Counted from the stretch's first letter, positions 31,219-42,497 are shown. The stretch: 64,000 nt of DNA from Bacteroidales bacterium (GCA_016714605.1 JADKDL010000049.1:50288-114287), one strand, 5' to 3'. Translations and numbers: made by a program. The notes: generated by a model not told the origin, from the letters alone.

Positions 31219-31941
31219 CTAAGCCTTCTTATTTAATTGTCTTTGATACATTTGAATTGTATTTTCAATTCCGAAATATAGTGAGTCAGAAATTAGAGCA
31301 TGACCAATAGACACTTCGCTCAGTTCTGGAATTGAGTCGGAAAAGAACTTTAAATTATCTAGATTTAAATCATGTCCCGCATTTATTTGTAATCCTATTT
31401 CAGAAGCAAATCTTGCAGCCACAACAAACTCGCGTACTGCTTCCTCTCTATCTATCAGATAGTTCTTTGCATAAGGCTCTGTATAAAGTTCTATCCTATC
31501 TGTTTTTAATTTTGAAGCCAATTCAATAAACTTCAAATTAGGCTCAATAAAAACTGAAGTTCTTATACCATGTAATTTAAATTCAGAAATAACCTCTTCA
31601 AGAAAACTAAAGTTCTTAATGGTATCCCACCCTGCATTTGAAGTTAGGGCATCAGGTGGATCGGGAACTAAGGTTACCTGAGCAGGTTTAACAGAGGTTA
31701 CCATTTTAATAAAATCTACAGAAGGATACCCTTCAATATTAAATTCTTTTGTCAAAACAGTTTTAAGCTCAAATACATCACTACGTCTTATATGCCTCTC
31801 ATCTGGACGAGGATGAACAGTAATACCATCTGCTCCAAATTTTTCACAATCAAGAGCTACCTGAACTACATTAGGAACATTCCCACCACGAGAATTTCTT
31901 ATTACCGCTACTTTGTTAATATTTACACTTAAAAGAGTCAT
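31219..31941 (-). CDS. pdxJ: Pyridoxine 5'-phosphate synthase
   Basis: [26 protein letters not shown]......[16 protein letters not shown]...INAGHDLN...EVSIGHALI. Confidence 0.95.
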   Translation of the reverse strand: MTLLSVNINKVAVIRNSRGGNVPNVVQVALDCEKFGADGITVHPRPDERHIRRSDVFELKTVLTKEFNIEGYPSVDFIKMVTSVKPAQVTLVPDPPDALTSNAGWDTIKNFSFLEEVISEFKLHGIRTSVFIEPNLKFIELASKLKTDRIELYTEPYAKNYLIDREEAVREFVVAARFASEIGLQINAGHDLNLDNLKFFSDSIPELSEVSIGHALISDSLYFGIENTIQMYQRQLNKKA

Positions 31942-32036
31942 TATAGTTGATTATGAATATTAAAAAAATTAATACATTAGCCATATAAATACAAAGGTAT
32001 ATTATTTTTTAAAATGTATATTAAATACACTTGATT

Positions 32037-32690
32037 ATGACAGCAGCAGATTTACAAACAAATAATATATCACCACTTTTAAATACAGAACTCTGCTATT
32101 TAGCCATCGAAAAAATTAAGGATGCTAATATTTTTCAAATTCCGGTTATAAATAAGGAAAACAAATACTTAGGGATTGTTTCATTAGATCAATTGACTAG
32201 TTGCAATACCGAAAAAAAAATTGAAGACTGCGAACTTAGTCAAATATTTGTTCTAGAAAATCAAACTATTTTTGAGATTATTGAAATTTTTTATTCAAAA
32301 AAATTATCAATTTTACCGGTAATTACCAATGAACAAAAATACTTTGGCTTAATAACTATTGAAAATATAAATAGTTATTTTGCAAAACTGAGTTCATTTA
32401 AATATCCTGGCTCCATCTTAAGAATAATTACAGATATAACTTCTTATTCAATAGTAGAAATTGCACAGATTATAGAATTACATAACGCAAAAATATTACT
32501 TTTATTTACAAATTTCACCAATTCACAAGCTACTATAATTTTGAAATTGAATACATTAGAAAGCGAAAAAATTATTGATACTCTTATAAGATATAATTAT
32601 GAAGCAAGTGAATTCAATAATGAAATAAATGAACTTAGTGAGTTTTACAAAAAAAGAATTGATTCATTAATAAGTTATATGAATATTTAA
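32037..32690 (+). CDS. CBS domain pair protein
   Basis: Two CBS-like units (IFQIPVINKENKYLGIVSLDQL and LSILPVITNEQKYFGLITIENI). Sits between pdxJ and nadK. Confidence 0.6.
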   Translation: MTAADLQTNNISPLLNTELCYLAIEKIKDANIFQIPVINKENKYLGIVSLDQLTSCNTEKKIEDCELSQIFVLENQTIFEIIEIFYSKKLSILPVITNEQKYFGLITIENINSYFAKLSSFKYPGSILRIITDITSYSIVEIAQIIELHNAKILLLFTNFTNSQATIILKLNTLESEKIIDTLIRYNYEASEFNNEINELSEFYKKRIDSLISYMNI

Positions 32691-32795
32691 GTTTCACTTG
32701 ACATTACAACATCCTGATTATTATACAAAAAATAATCAATATAGAAATTTTTTACTTTAAATATAATTTAGCATTTGAACAATAAACAAAAATAA

Positions 32796-33669
32796 GTGAA
32801 AACAATAGCAATATTTAGCAAAACTAACAGATGAACAAAATTCAATTCTTCTAAAATTTCTCATTTCGCTCTTAAAATCAGATATTTTAGTAAAAGTATC
32901 AAAAACATTATATGAAACATTAAATATTGATAAAGGTGAATACAGTTTTGAATGTTTTGATGAATGTGAAGAAATAAAGCAAGCAAACTATATTCTAAGC
33001 TTTGGAGGCGATGGAACTTTTTTAAATACAGCTAATTATATAAAAAACTATAATATTCCTATTATAGGTATAAATATGGGTAGATTAGGCTTTCTTACAT
33101 GTGTTTCTATAGAAGATCTGGATAAACTTTTTGAAGCTCTAAAAAATGACACAATAAAATCAGAAACAAGAAGCCTTATTGAAATTGATGTTGAGAACAA
33201 TCCGTTTGGAAAAAACAATACCGGACTAAACGAGATTGCAATACACAAAAAAAATATTGTTAGTTTATTAACAATTAAAGCATATATAAATGGTGAATAT
33301 TTAAATACATACTGGGCCGATGGTTTACTTATAGCCACACCAACCGGTTCAACTGCATATTCCCTTAGTTTAGGAGGTCCTATAATTTCACCTGAGTCTA
33401 ACACATTTGTAATTACACCTATAGCACCACACACTTTAACAATAAGACCTATCATAGTACCTGATAATGTAATTATAGAATTAATAGTTTCTAGTAGAGA
33501 AGGTGAGTTTTATACATCAATAGATTCTCAATACAAAACATTCAAACATCAAACAACTTTAAAAATATATAAATCAAATAAATCAATAATTCTGGGCATA
33601 CTAGAAAATCAAAATTTCTACGAAAAAATCAGAAAAAAATTGATGTGGGGAAACGATATTAGAAATTAA
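32796..33669 (+). CDS. nadK: NAD+ kinase; frame change at the A4 run 32820-32823
   Basis: GTG 32796 gives VKTIAIFSK. Frame 1 then reads LTDEQNSILLKFL...ANYILSFGGDGTFLNTANYIKNYNIPIIGINMGRLGFLT...ATPTGSTAYSLSLGGPI. The GGDGT and NxGxLGFL motifs span the ORF-track start at 33076. Confidence 0.85.
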
Positions 33670-33749
33670 AAAAATAGAAATATCCTTTTTTTTTTGTTAT
33701 TTACATTTATTTATTATTTTTACACGACAATACAGCAATCTAGCAAGAC

Positions 33750-34700
33750 ATGAAATTAAGAAATTATTCAATAATAATATTATTATTATTTATTTGTTTA
33801 CATTCAACTTCTGAGCTTTATTCACAGGCTAATAGATGGAAAAGAATGAGATATGAAGTATTTGCAGGCATTGGAGCTACAAATTTCTTAGGAGAACTTG
33901 GTGGTAGCGACAAAGTAGGCAGTAATTTTTTATCAGATTTAGAAATATCAATGACTAGACCAGCACTTACAGTTGGTGGAAGATATTGGATAAAAAGCAG
34001 ATTAATCTTTTTAACCTCGTTTACCTATGGTACTTTATGGGGTAATGACTCAAGAACTAATGAAATTTATAGAAACGAAAGAGATTTACATTTCAGATCT
34101 TCAATTTGGGAATGGCAAAACAGAATTGAATTAACATTACTTGCAGCTAAACGAACAAGTAGATATAATTTAAAAAGAGTTAGGGGTAGAAAAAACGGAA
34201 ATAAATTTTCAATTGATGTTTATGCAGGAATCTCAACATTTTATTTTAACCCGAAGCAAAAAGTTGATGGAAGATGGTATACTCTTAAAACAATAGGTAC
34301 AGAAGGTCAAAACTTTTCTGAAACTCGCAAGCCATATTCAAGACTTCAAGTAGGTATACCTGTGGGTTTAGAAGTAAAGTACTTACTAAATAGAAAATGG
34401 AGTGTTGGAATAGATATAGGTCCTCGATTTACCTTTACTGATTACCTAGATGATGTAAGTACAACTTATGCTGATGTAGATAAGATTATAGAGTATAATA
34501 AAAATATAAAAGCATCGCCAGAAGTTATTAGAAAAATATGTGCAGCTATTCTATCAGATGAGAATTCAACGAATGATAGTCATGCAGCCACTTACCAGCA
34601 AAGGGGCAATGCTTTAAATAATGACATATACATGTTCTTTTTAATAACAATGAATTATAAATTACGTACTGCTAGAAATGGTTTACCAAAATTGAGATAA
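33750..34700 (+). CDS. Outer-membrane beta-barrel protein, paralog 1
   Basis: Signal peptide; RWKRMRYEVFAGIGATNFLGELGG; alternating-hydrophobic strands; ends RNGLPKLR. Confidence 0.6.
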   Translation: MKLRNYSIIILLLFICLHSTSELYSQANRWKRMRYEVFAGIGATNFLGELGGSDKVGSNFLSDLEISMTRPALTVGGRYWIKSRLIFLTSFTYGTLWGNDSRTNEIYRNERDLHFRSSIWEWQNRIELTLLAAKRTSRYNLKRVRGRKNGNKFSIDVYAGISTFYFNPKQKVDGRWYTLKTIGTEGQNFSETRKPYSRLQVGIPVGLEVKYLLNRKWSVGIDIGPRFTFTDYLDDVSTTYADVDKIIEYNKNIKASPEVIRKICAAILSDENSTNDSHAATYQQRGNALNNDIYMFFLITMNYKLRTARNGLPKLR

Positions 34701-34767
34701 TAATGCAATTAATCAATAAAAATATTGACTAATTAACATTAATCGTTTTTTACTTTAAATTTAGTTC

Positions 34768-35775
34768 ATGAAAAAATATATACTATTATTATTATTCTCC
34801 TTCATTGTGAATTACAGCTTTTCTCAATGGTCTAAATGGAAACGAATGAGATATGAAGTTTCTTTCGGAATAGGGACATCTAGTTTTATGGGAGATTTAG
34901 GAGGAGGACAAAATAGTGATTCTTTTTTAGATGATTATTTTGGAGATTTTGACTTTGGATCAACACGCCCATCTTTTTACTTGGGAGGTCGTTATAAATT
35001 AAGCCCTCTTTTTTCCGCAAAATTAAATTTAGCACTTGGTTGGGTTTCTGGTAATGATGAGTGGAGTAACGACATAAATAGACAGAATAGAAATTTAAAT
35101 TTTAATTCTGTTATATTTGAACAATCGCTTGTTGGCGAGTTTAATATTATTAAAGAAAATGAGCAAAAGCGATGGAGTAAAATACGTAATAAAAGAGTAA
35201 GGGGATATAGTTTTAATTTATATGTTTTTGCCGGCATAGGAGGGTTCTATTTTAATCCAAGAGGTTATGTAGTAGATGATTATACAAATAAAACATATTA
35301 TAGTTTATATGATGTTGGTACTGAAGGTCAAAACATTACCCAAAATCATTATAACCGTTATGCACTTTGTATTCCTGGTGGTTTAGGCATCAAATTTGGT
35401 TTAAACAGAAAATGGGACTTTGGAATTGAATATGGAATGAGATATACTTTTACAGATTATATAGATGATGTAGGAGGTGCTTATTACGACAATAAAGCAA
35501 TTATTGAGAATTACAAAGATGGTAATGATGTTAATGTTGGTTATTTGGCAGATAATCATTATGCTACAGAAACAACCAAATTTACAGAAACAGATTTTGC
35601 TGCAGGTTCAATTTGGGAAGGTTACGACAAATATTACGAGGTGGGTGATAGAAAACCATATCCAAGCGGAACAGAATTTAGATCCGGTAAGGCAAAAGAT
35701 ATTTATATGTTTCTATTTTTAAATTTCTCTTACAAATTAAAAACAGGAAGAAATGGTCTTCCGAAATTTAGATAA
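34768..35775 (+). CDS. Outer-membrane beta-barrel protein, paralog 2
   Basis: Signal peptide; KWKRMRYEVSFGIGTSSFMGDLGG; shared internal motifs (FYFNP, GTEGQN, FTDY.DDV); ends RNGLPKFR. Confidence 0.6.
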   Translation: MKKYILLLLFSFIVNYSFSQWSKWKRMRYEVSFGIGTSSFMGDLGGGQNSDSFLDDYFGDFDFGSTRPSFYLGGRYKLSPLFSAKLNLALGWVSGNDEWSNDINRQNRNLNFNSVIFEQSLVGEFNIIKENEQKRWSKIRNKRVRGYSFNLYVFAGIGGFYFNPRGYVVDDYTNKTYYSLYDVGTEGQNITQNHYNRYALCIPGGLGIKFGLNRKWDFGIEYGMRYTFTDYIDDVGGAYYDNKAIIENYKDGNDVNVGYLADNHYATETTKFTETDFAAGSIWEGYDKYYEVGDRKPYPSGTEFRSGKAKDIYMFLFLNFSYKLKTGRNGLPKFR

Positions 35776-35903
35776 ATTTTAGCTGATACATACTACACTA
35801 CTTTTTTATGCGTTAAAGGCTTAGAAGTTTTTTTGTGCATTATTCGCGATTTATTAAGAAACTTTGAAAAAAAAATATATAATTGCAGCCTTTTTGAGTA
35901 TAT

Positions 35904-36590
35904 ATGTTAAGATTTTCAGTAATACATTTTTTAATTCTCCTATTATTAGCAACAAGCGTAACTGCTCAAAGATATCATAAAAACGATGATATCGGAATTA
36001 TTGTAGGAGGTTCAACCTATGAAGGTGATATCAATTTTGGTAGTTTATTTCACAACCCTCAGTTTGCAGTAGGGCTGATTTATCGTAAGAACTTTAGTCC
36101 CCATTACTCCCTCAGACTAGGAGTAACAGGTACTCAATTAAGTGCTGCTGATTCTGATTTGGGAGGTGATTTTCAAAAATTGCGAAATCAAGCTTTTGCA
36201 AAAAGTATAATTGTAGATATCTCTGGTCTAGTTGAATTTAACTTCCTTGAACTTACAACCGATAAAAAAAAGTTTAACTTCACTCCTTTCGTGGCTACAG
36301 GTTTGACTTTTTTTGGAAACAACTACACCCCTAAACTTCTTAATTTCGCTATTCCATTAGGATTCGGTTTCAAATATAAATTTGCTCCGAAATGGACATT
36401 ACAGCTTGAATGGATTTATAGATTTACTTTTACAGACAATTTAGATAATCTAATACTGATTTCAGAAGTTAGAGATTATTATAATAAGCAATATTCTTTC
36501 GATTATACAAACGATATATATTCAATTTTTGGGGTTTCTTTATTATATCAAATTAGAAAAAAAGCACCAGAGTGTCCTGGTTATAAGTAA
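35904..36590 (+). CDS. DUF6089-like outer-membrane beta-barrel protein
   Basis: Signal peptide; IGIIVGGSTYEGDINF; FTFTDNLDN. Sits immediately upstream of uppS-bamA, as in other Bacteroidota. Confidence 0.55.
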   Translation: MLRFSVIHFLILLLLATSVTAQRYHKNDDIGIIVGGSTYEGDINFGSLFHNPQFAVGLIYRKNFSPHYSLRLGVTGTQLSAADSDLGGDFQKLRNQAFAKSIIVDISGLVEFNFLELTTDKKKFNFTPFVATGLTFFGNNYTPKLLNFAIPLGFGFKYKFAPKWTLQLEWIYRFTFTDNLDNLILISEVRDYYNKQYSFDYTNDIYSIFGVSLLYQIRKKAPECPGYK

Positions 36591-36593
36591 AAT

Positions 36594-37343
36594 ATGTCAT
36601 ACAAGAATTTAATTATTAAAGAAAACAGACCCAATCACATAGCAATTATTATGGATGGGAATGGAAGATGGGCAAAAAAAATTGGCAATATTAGACTAGT
36701 TGGTCACAAAAAAGGAGCTAATTCTGTAAATGAAGTAATTGAAGCTTGTGTTGAACTTGAAATAAAATATCTAACACTATATGCTTTTTCAACTGAAAAT
36801 TGGAATAGACCTAAAACTGAAATAGAAGGATTAATGAGTTTGCTTTTATCTACTTTAGAAAAAGAACTTGAAAAATTAAAAAAACATGGCGTTAGATTAA
36901 AAACAATTGGCGACATAAGTAAACTACCTCAATCGGTAGAGTTAAAACTTAAAAAGGCTATTGAAGAAACCGCTACAAATACTGGGTTAACATTAACTTT
37001 AGCACTTAGTTACAGTTCCCGATGGGAAATAACTGAAATGGTAAAATCAATAGTTGAAAAATATAAAAATACTGAAATAACAGAAAATGAAATAACAAGC
37101 AATCTTATAGAATCTCACCTTTCAACTAAAGATATTCCTGACCCGGAACTTCTAATAAGAACAAGCGGAGAATATAGATTGAGCAACTTTTTACTATGGC
37201 AAATTGCATATACAGAATTATATTTTACAGATACGTTATGGCCCGATTTTAAAAAAGAAGATTTATATAAGGCTATAGCAGACTATCAAAAAAGAGAACG
37301 TAGATTTGGAAAAACAGGAGAACAAATATCAAATGAAGCTTAG
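36594..37343 (+). CDS. uppS: Isoprenyl transferase (undecaprenyl diphosphate synthase)
   Basis: HIAIIMDGNGRWAKK...GHKKG...LTLYAFSTENWNRP..E...LIRTSGE.RLSNFLLWQ.AY.E. Confidence 0.95.
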   Translation: MSYKNLIIKENRPNHIAIIMDGNGRWAKKIGNIRLVGHKKGANSVNEVIEACVELEIKYLTLYAFSTENWNRPKTEIEGLMSLLLSTLEKELEKLKKHGVRLKTIGDISKLPQSVELKLKKAIEETATNTGLTLTLALSYSSRWEITEMVKSIVEKYKNTEITENEITSNLIESHLSTKDIPDPELLIRTSGEYRLSNFLLWQIAYTELYFTDTLWPDFKKEDLYKAIADYQKRERRFGKTGEQISNEA

Positions 37344-39960
37344 AAAAATAAAAAAAGAAATATTTATACTATTGTTTATAGCTATTTCAACAATAATTCA
37401 CGCACAATCGAATAAAATTGAATATTCTGAACCAAAGAAATATGAGATTGCTGATATAAACGTAGAAGGACTAAAACATATACAAAGTTCAGCGGTTTTG
37501 AAATTAATAAATATTAAAATTGGTAATACAATTCTTATTCCCGGACCTGAAATTTCTTCAACAATGGAAAAACTTTGGAAACAAGGTTTGTTTGAAGATA
37601 TTCAAATTCAGGCATCTAAAATTGAAGATGAAAAAATCTATCTAACCATAATTTTAGAAGAGAGAGCTAGAGTGAATAATATAGTATTTTCAGGAATAAA
37701 AGAGTCTGAAGAGACTGATATTCTAGAACTTTTACCTATAAAAAAAGGAGTGCAAATAACTGAAAGTAATTTGCAAACTTCAAAAAATCTAATAAAGAAT
37801 TATTTTATAGAAAAAGGATTTTTTAATGCAACTATTGTAATTACTGAAAATGAAAATACGAAAGAAAAATATTTGTCTGATATAGCGATAGATATTACAA
37901 AAAATCAGAAAGTAAAAATTGAAGAAATTACTTTAAATGGAGTTTCCGAACTAAAGGAACGTAAGATATATAAACAACTAAAAGAAACTAAAAGGAAAAG
38001 ATGGTATAACATTTTGAAAAGATCAAAATACATACCTAAACTTTACCAAGAAGATAAAAAAAATATAGTAGAAAAATACAAGAAAAAAGGATATAGAGAT
38101 GCGAAAATTGTTTCAGATTCATTGATTCTGGTTAACGAAAAATTAGTATCTCTAATTATAAATGTTAATGAAGGTAAAAAATACTATTTCAGAAATATAT
38201 CTTGGATAGGAAATAGCATTTATACTGACGATTTCTTAAATAAGATTTTCGGAATTTCGAAAGGAGACATATATAATGAAACTCTACTTGAAGATAAAAT
38301 ATATGGATTAGAAGGTATAAGTTCTTTATACCTAGACAATGGGTATCTATTCTTCAATGCAGAACCAGTAGAAACAAACATTGACAATGATTCAATAGAT
38401 ATTGAAATAAGAATATTTGAAGGCCGACAAGCTACTATAAATAAAGTAATTGTAAATGGAAATACAAAAACGAATGACCATGTTATTTATAGAGAACTAA
38501 AAACTAAACCAGGCGATTTGTTTAGTAGAGCTGATATTATCAGAACACAAAGAGAATTGGCTACTTTAGGATACTTTAATCCTGAAACAATGGGAATTGA
38601 CCCAAAACCAAATCCGGAAAATGGAACGGTTGATTTGATTTACAATCTTGAAGAACAATCGTCAGATCAAATCGAATTATCAGTAGGTTATAGTCAATAT
38701 CTGATTGGTTCCATTAAACTAATTTTAACAAACTTTTCGCTTCGAAACTTCTTCAATAAAGAAGCATGGCGACCTATACCATCAGGCGATGGACAACGAT
38801 TAAGTCTATCTGCTACTTACAATCCTATTTACTACCAATCTTACAACCTATCATTTGTAGAGCCTTGGCTTGGTGGGAAAAAACCAAACGCATTAAGTGT
38901 CTCCACATATTATTCTGTTCGTACTAATGGTAAAATTAAAAGTGAAGCACCTAATGCTTATGGAGACTGGAAAACTATAGGTGTAAGTGTAGGACTAGGA
39001 CGACGTTTGAAAAAACCTGATGACTTCTTTACTTTAAATAATGAGATTACCTATCACAAATATATACTAGATAATTACGCATTACCAGGTCAGAGCACAG
39101 TAACAAAATTTGGATCTTATAATAGCGTAAGCTTAGGAATTGTTCTCTCTAGAAATTCAATAAGTCAACCGCTCTACCCGAGAAGTGGTTCTATGTTTTC
39201 ATTACGATTAGATGTTACACCACCTCATTCACTATTTAGATCTAAACAAAAAAATCAAGAAATACTTGATTATATGGAAAAAATAGAGGAAATCGCAAAT
39301 TTCTCAAACCAAGAACTTGTTTTACACTACGATTCTACTTTAGCCTCAGTTTATGAAACAGCTTCATCTGAAATGAAAACTGTCTACAATTCTCAAGCTC
39401 GTGAAAAACTTACTAATGAAATAAATGAAAAATCATTACGTTGGATTGAATATTTTAAAATTTCTTTTCAAACAAAACAATATACAGAAATTGTTAACAA
39501 ATTGGTACTTGAAACGAGAATACAAATGGGATATTTAGGTCACTATAATAAAGACTTCCGTTCCCCATTTGAAAGATATGACATGGGAGGCGATGGATTG
39601 TCAGGTAATTATTATTACGGTGTAGAAACTATTCCAATGAGAGGATATGATGGAAATTCATTGACACCTGCCGATGGTGGATATATATATAATAAATATG
39701 GTGCAGAATTAAGATATCCGGTTTCATTGGCAGCAAGTGCTACAATTTATGTTCTAGCTTTTGCAGAGGCAGGTAATGTTTGGAATAAATTTTCTGAATA
39801 TTCTCCATTTAAGTTAAAAAGAAGTGCAGGAGTTGGTCTTAGAGTATTCTTACCAATGATGGGACTACTTGGAGTCGATGTAGGATATGGCTTTGACGCA
39901 GACAATACTGGAACAAAAGGACAATGGCTTCCGAGCTTTGTACTGGGACAACAATTTTAA
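37333..39960 (+). CDS. bamA: Outer membrane protein assembly factor BamA
   Basis: ATG 37333 gives MKLRKIKKEIFILLFIAISTIIHAQ and overlaps the uppS stop by 11 nt. POTRA repeats, then a beta-barrel ending ...GQWLPSFVLGQQF. Confidence 0.9.
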   Translation: MKLRKIKKEIFILLFIAISTIIHAQSNKIEYSEPKKYEIADINVEGLKHIQSSAVLKLINIKIGNTILIPGPEISSTMEKLWKQGLFEDIQIQASKIEDEKIYLTIILEERARVNNIVFSGIKESEETDILELLPIKKGVQITESNLQTSKNLIKNYFIEKGFFNATIVITENENTKEKYLSDIAIDITKNQKVKIEEITLNGVSELKERKIYKQLKETKRKRWYNILKRSKYIPKLYQEDKKNIVEKYKKKGYRDAKIVSDSLILVNEKLVSLIINVNEGKKYYFRNISWIGNSIYTDDFLNKIFGISKGDIYNETLLEDKIYGLEGISSLYLDNGYLFFNAEPVETNIDNDSIDIEIRIFEGRQATINKVIVNGNTKTNDHVIYRELKTKPGDLFSRADIIRTQRELATLGYFNPETMGIDPKPNPENGTVDLIYNLEEQSSDQIELSVGYSQYLIGSIKLILTNFSLRNFFNKEAWRPIPSGDGQRLSLSATYNPIYYQSYNLSFVEPWLGGKKPNALSVSTYYSVRTNGKIKSEAPNAYGDWKTIGVSVGLGRRLKKPDDFFTLNNEITYHKYILDNYALPGQSTVTKFGSYNSVSLGIVLSRNSISQPLYPRSGSMFSLRLDVTPPHSLFRSKQKNQEILDYMEKIEEIANFSNQELVLHYDSTLASVYETASSEMKTVYNSQAREKLTNEINEKSLRWIEYFKISFQTKQYTEIVNKLVLETRIQMGYLGHYNKDFRSPFERYDMGGDGLSGNYYYGVETIPMRGYDGNSLTPADGGYIYNKYGAELRYPVSLAASATIYVLAFAEAGNVWNKFSEYSPFKLKRSAGVGLRVFLPMMGLLGVDVGYGFDADNTGTKGQWLPSFVLGQQF

Positions 39961-40008
39961 TCAATAAACAAATTACTATATTTCTAATATTTTAAAACAG
40001 ACTACATT

Positions 40009-40527
40009 ATGAAAAAAATATTATTATTTACAGCACTGCTTTTGGGGGTAACTTTTTTTGCAAATGCTCAAAAAGTAGTATTTCTTGACACAGAATATAT
40101 TTTGAAAAATATACCTGCATACAAGGAAGCTCAAGAACAATTAAATAAATTATCTGCCGAATGGGAGAAAGAAATAACTACAAAATACGATGAACTTGAG
40201 AAATTATATAATCAATATCAGGTAGACAAACTTTTGCTATCAAATGAAATGAAGGCAAGAAGAGAAAATGAAATTGTGTCAAAAGAAAAAGAAGTAAAAA
40301 CACTACAACAAAAACGTTTTGGAACCGATGGCGACTTATTCAAAAAAGAACAAGAGCTTATAAAACCAATTCAAGATGAAGTTTATAATGCAATAAAAGA
40401 TGTTTCTGTAGCTGAAAGTTACGGTTTGGTTTTTGACGCAGCTTCTAGTGCTACAACACTTTTATACACCGATTCTAAACTAGATATAAGCGATAATATT
40501 CTTAAAAAATTGGGGTATATTAAATAA
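40009..40527 (+). CDS. OmpH/Skp family periplasmic chaperone
   Basis: Signal peptide plus a coiled-coil (QEQLNKLSAEWEKE...); position after bamA. Confidence 0.8.
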   Translation: MKKILLFTALLLGVTFFANAQKVVFLDTEYILKNIPAYKEAQEQLNKLSAEWEKEITTKYDELEKLYNQYQVDKLLLSNEMKARRENEIVSKEKEVKTLQQKRFGTDGDLFKKEQELIKPIQDEVYNAIKDVSVAESYGLVFDAASSATTLLYTDSKLDISDNILKKLGYIK

Positions 40528-40574
40528 TTTATATATTTGCTGAAAAATTTGTAAAACATAACAAAAAAATAAAA

Positions 40575-41082
40575 ATGAAACAATTACTATTAACAACAAT
40601 TCTAGTTGCAGCTATCTCATTATTAGGAAGTTCACAAACATTCAAATTTGGTCATATTGACTCACAAACATTATTACAAGCTATGCCTGAGCAAGAAACT
40701 GCAAAAGTTACACTTGAAAAAGAGTTTAAACAAATGGAAAATAATTTGCAATCGATGCAAGTTGAACTAAATAAAAAATACGAAGCATACATGGGTGCTT
40801 ATGATACTCTTAGTGATTTTGTGAAAAAATCAAAAGAACAAGAAATGCAAGAAATTCAAACAAATACAAAACTATCAGCAAGAAGCACAAAGTCAGTTAC
40901 AAAAAAAAGAAGCTGAATTGTTTCAGCCAATATTAGAAAAAGCACAATTGGCTATTGCTGAAGTAGGAAAAGAAAATGGATTTATTTATATTTTTGACAT
41001 TAGTTCTAAAGTAGTACTTTTTCAATCAGACAAAAGTATTGATGTAATGCCATTGGTTAAGAAAAAATTGGGAATGGAATAA
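40575..41082 (+). CDS. OmpH/Skp family chaperone (second copy); frame change near 40858-40861
   Basis: The ORF track ends at 40916 in nonsense text (TKLSARSTKSVTKKRS). Frame 1 instead reads QIQNYQQEAQSQLQKKEAELFQPILEKAQLAIAEVGKENGFIYIFDISSKVVLFQSD..IDVMPLVKKKLG, the normal Skp C-terminus. Confidence 0.8.
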
Positions 41083-41104
41083 AACCTATAAAATAATTTG
41101 AAAC

Positions 41105-41141
41105 GAGCAACGGTTATAATAAATTCCGTTGCTTTTTTTTT
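41105..41141 (+). terminator. Terminator after the second skp gene
   Basis: AGCAACGG (41105-41112) pairs with CCGTTGCT (41126-41133), followed by a T-run of about 9. Confidence 0.65.
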
Positions 41142-41971
41142 ATGTATATGCAAAAGTATCATATTGGCGTATTTGACTCAGGTTTTGGGGGGCTAACTAT
41201 TTTGAATGAGTTTCAAAGTTTGCTTCCTGAATACTCATATCTATACTTGGGCGATAATGCACGTTCACCATACGGAAGCAGATCGTTTGAAACAGTATAT
41301 AAATACACCCTTGATGCGGTAAAAAAGTTATTTGAAATGGATTGCTTTCTTATAATTTTAGCTTGCAATACAGCTTCTGCAAAAGCTTTACGCACCATTC
41401 AACAAACATATTTACCACAATATTACCCCGAAAGAAGAGTATTAGGAGTAATAAGACCAACATCTGAAAACATTCACAATGTAACCAAAAATAACCATGT
41501 AGGAATACTTGGAACTATAGGAACCGTAAATTCAAACTCTTATATAATAGAAATTAATAAATTACACCCTCAAATATCAATCACTCAACAAGCTTGCCCC
41601 ATGTGGGTGCCAATCATTGAAAATGGTGAAGCATTAAGCAATGGTGCTGATTATTTTGTTTCAAAATACATAGATACTCTCTTGGAAAGCGACCCAATGA
41701 TTGATACAATTGTACTAGGTTGTACCCACTACCCTATTTTAATACCTAAAATTAAGAAAATCATTAATCCAGAAATTACTTTACTTAATCAAAAGTACTA
41801 TTGTGGCAAAAAAGCCTCAAAACATATTTAGCAAAACATCCTGAAATAGAATCAAAATTAATAAAAGATTCCAGTTGCAAATATTATACAACAGAAACCC
41901 CTGATACATTTGATAAAACAGCCGAAATATTTATTGGAAACCCAATAAAATCAAATAAAATTGAACTTTAA
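41142..41971 (+). CDS. murI: Glutamate racemase; two frame changes (A4 41791-41794 and A6 41808-41813)
   Basis: IGVFDSGFGGLTIL...ACNTASA...LGCTHYP. After ITLLNQ the text continues in frame 1 as STIVAK and then in frame 2 as SLKTYLAKHPEIESKL...CKYYTTETPDTFDKTAEIFIG. This reproduces the VAKSLK.YL..HPE.E......YTTE..E.F C-terminus of Bacteroidota MurI as I recall it. Confidence 0.85.
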
Positions 41972-41978
41972 TCAACGG

Positions 41979-42497
41979 TTACTCTTCCTTATACCAACTA
42001 GCATACATTAAATAATTGTTTGCTATTTTATTTATAATTTCTTTAGTTTGTTCGGGATCTATACTTTTTACCTTTTTGGCTGGTACACCGGCATATATTG
42101 AATTTGGCTCAACAATCTGACTGTCTAGAACCAAAGCACCAGCAGCAACTATAGTATTCTGCCCTATCACACTATGATCTAAAAGCGTTGCTCCCATTCC
42201 AATTAATACATTACTTTCAATTTTAGCTCCATGAATGGTTACATTATGTCCAACAGAAACATTATCGCCAATCTCAACAGTTGATTTCTCATACAATGTA
42301 TGAATTACTGTACCGTCTTGAATATTAACCTTATTTCCAATTTTTATTGAGTTTACATCTCCTCTCAAAACAGTATTATACCAAATACTGCAATCGTTAC
42401 CTATGACAACATCTCCTATAATTGTAGCATTCTCAGCTAAAAAACAATTACTTCCTAAAACCGGAGTAAATCCTCGAACTTTTCTAATTAAAGCCAT
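41979..42497 (-). CDS. Gamma-carbonic-anhydrase-like hexapeptide-repeat protein
   Basis: Left-handed beta-helix repeats (IGDVVIGNDCSIWYNTVLRGDVNSIKIGNKVNIQDGTVIH...VGHNVTIHG). Confidence 0.85.
   Translation of the reverse strand: MALIRKVRGFTPVLGSNCFLAENATIIGDVVIGNDCSIWYNTVLRGDVNSIKIGNKVNIQDGTVIHTLYEKSTVEIGDNVSVGHNVTIHGAKIESNVLIGMGATLLDHSVIGQNTIVAAGALVLDSQIVEPNSIYAGVPAKKVKSIDPEQTKEIINKIANNYLMYASWYKEE

Noticed and set aside
33048-33455. 135-aa ORF antisense to nadK. Similar antisense ORFs: 13154..13417 (rpe); 17990..18534 (guaA); 21656..21937 (dnaX); 44887..45159, 45730..46094 and 46296..46523 (nfeD/SPFH region); 46563..47247 (hisD); 49307..50105 (glmM); and 58651..61211 (HTCS).
   Set aside because: Each is fully shadowed by a well-supported gene on the opposite strand and has no recognisable motifs.
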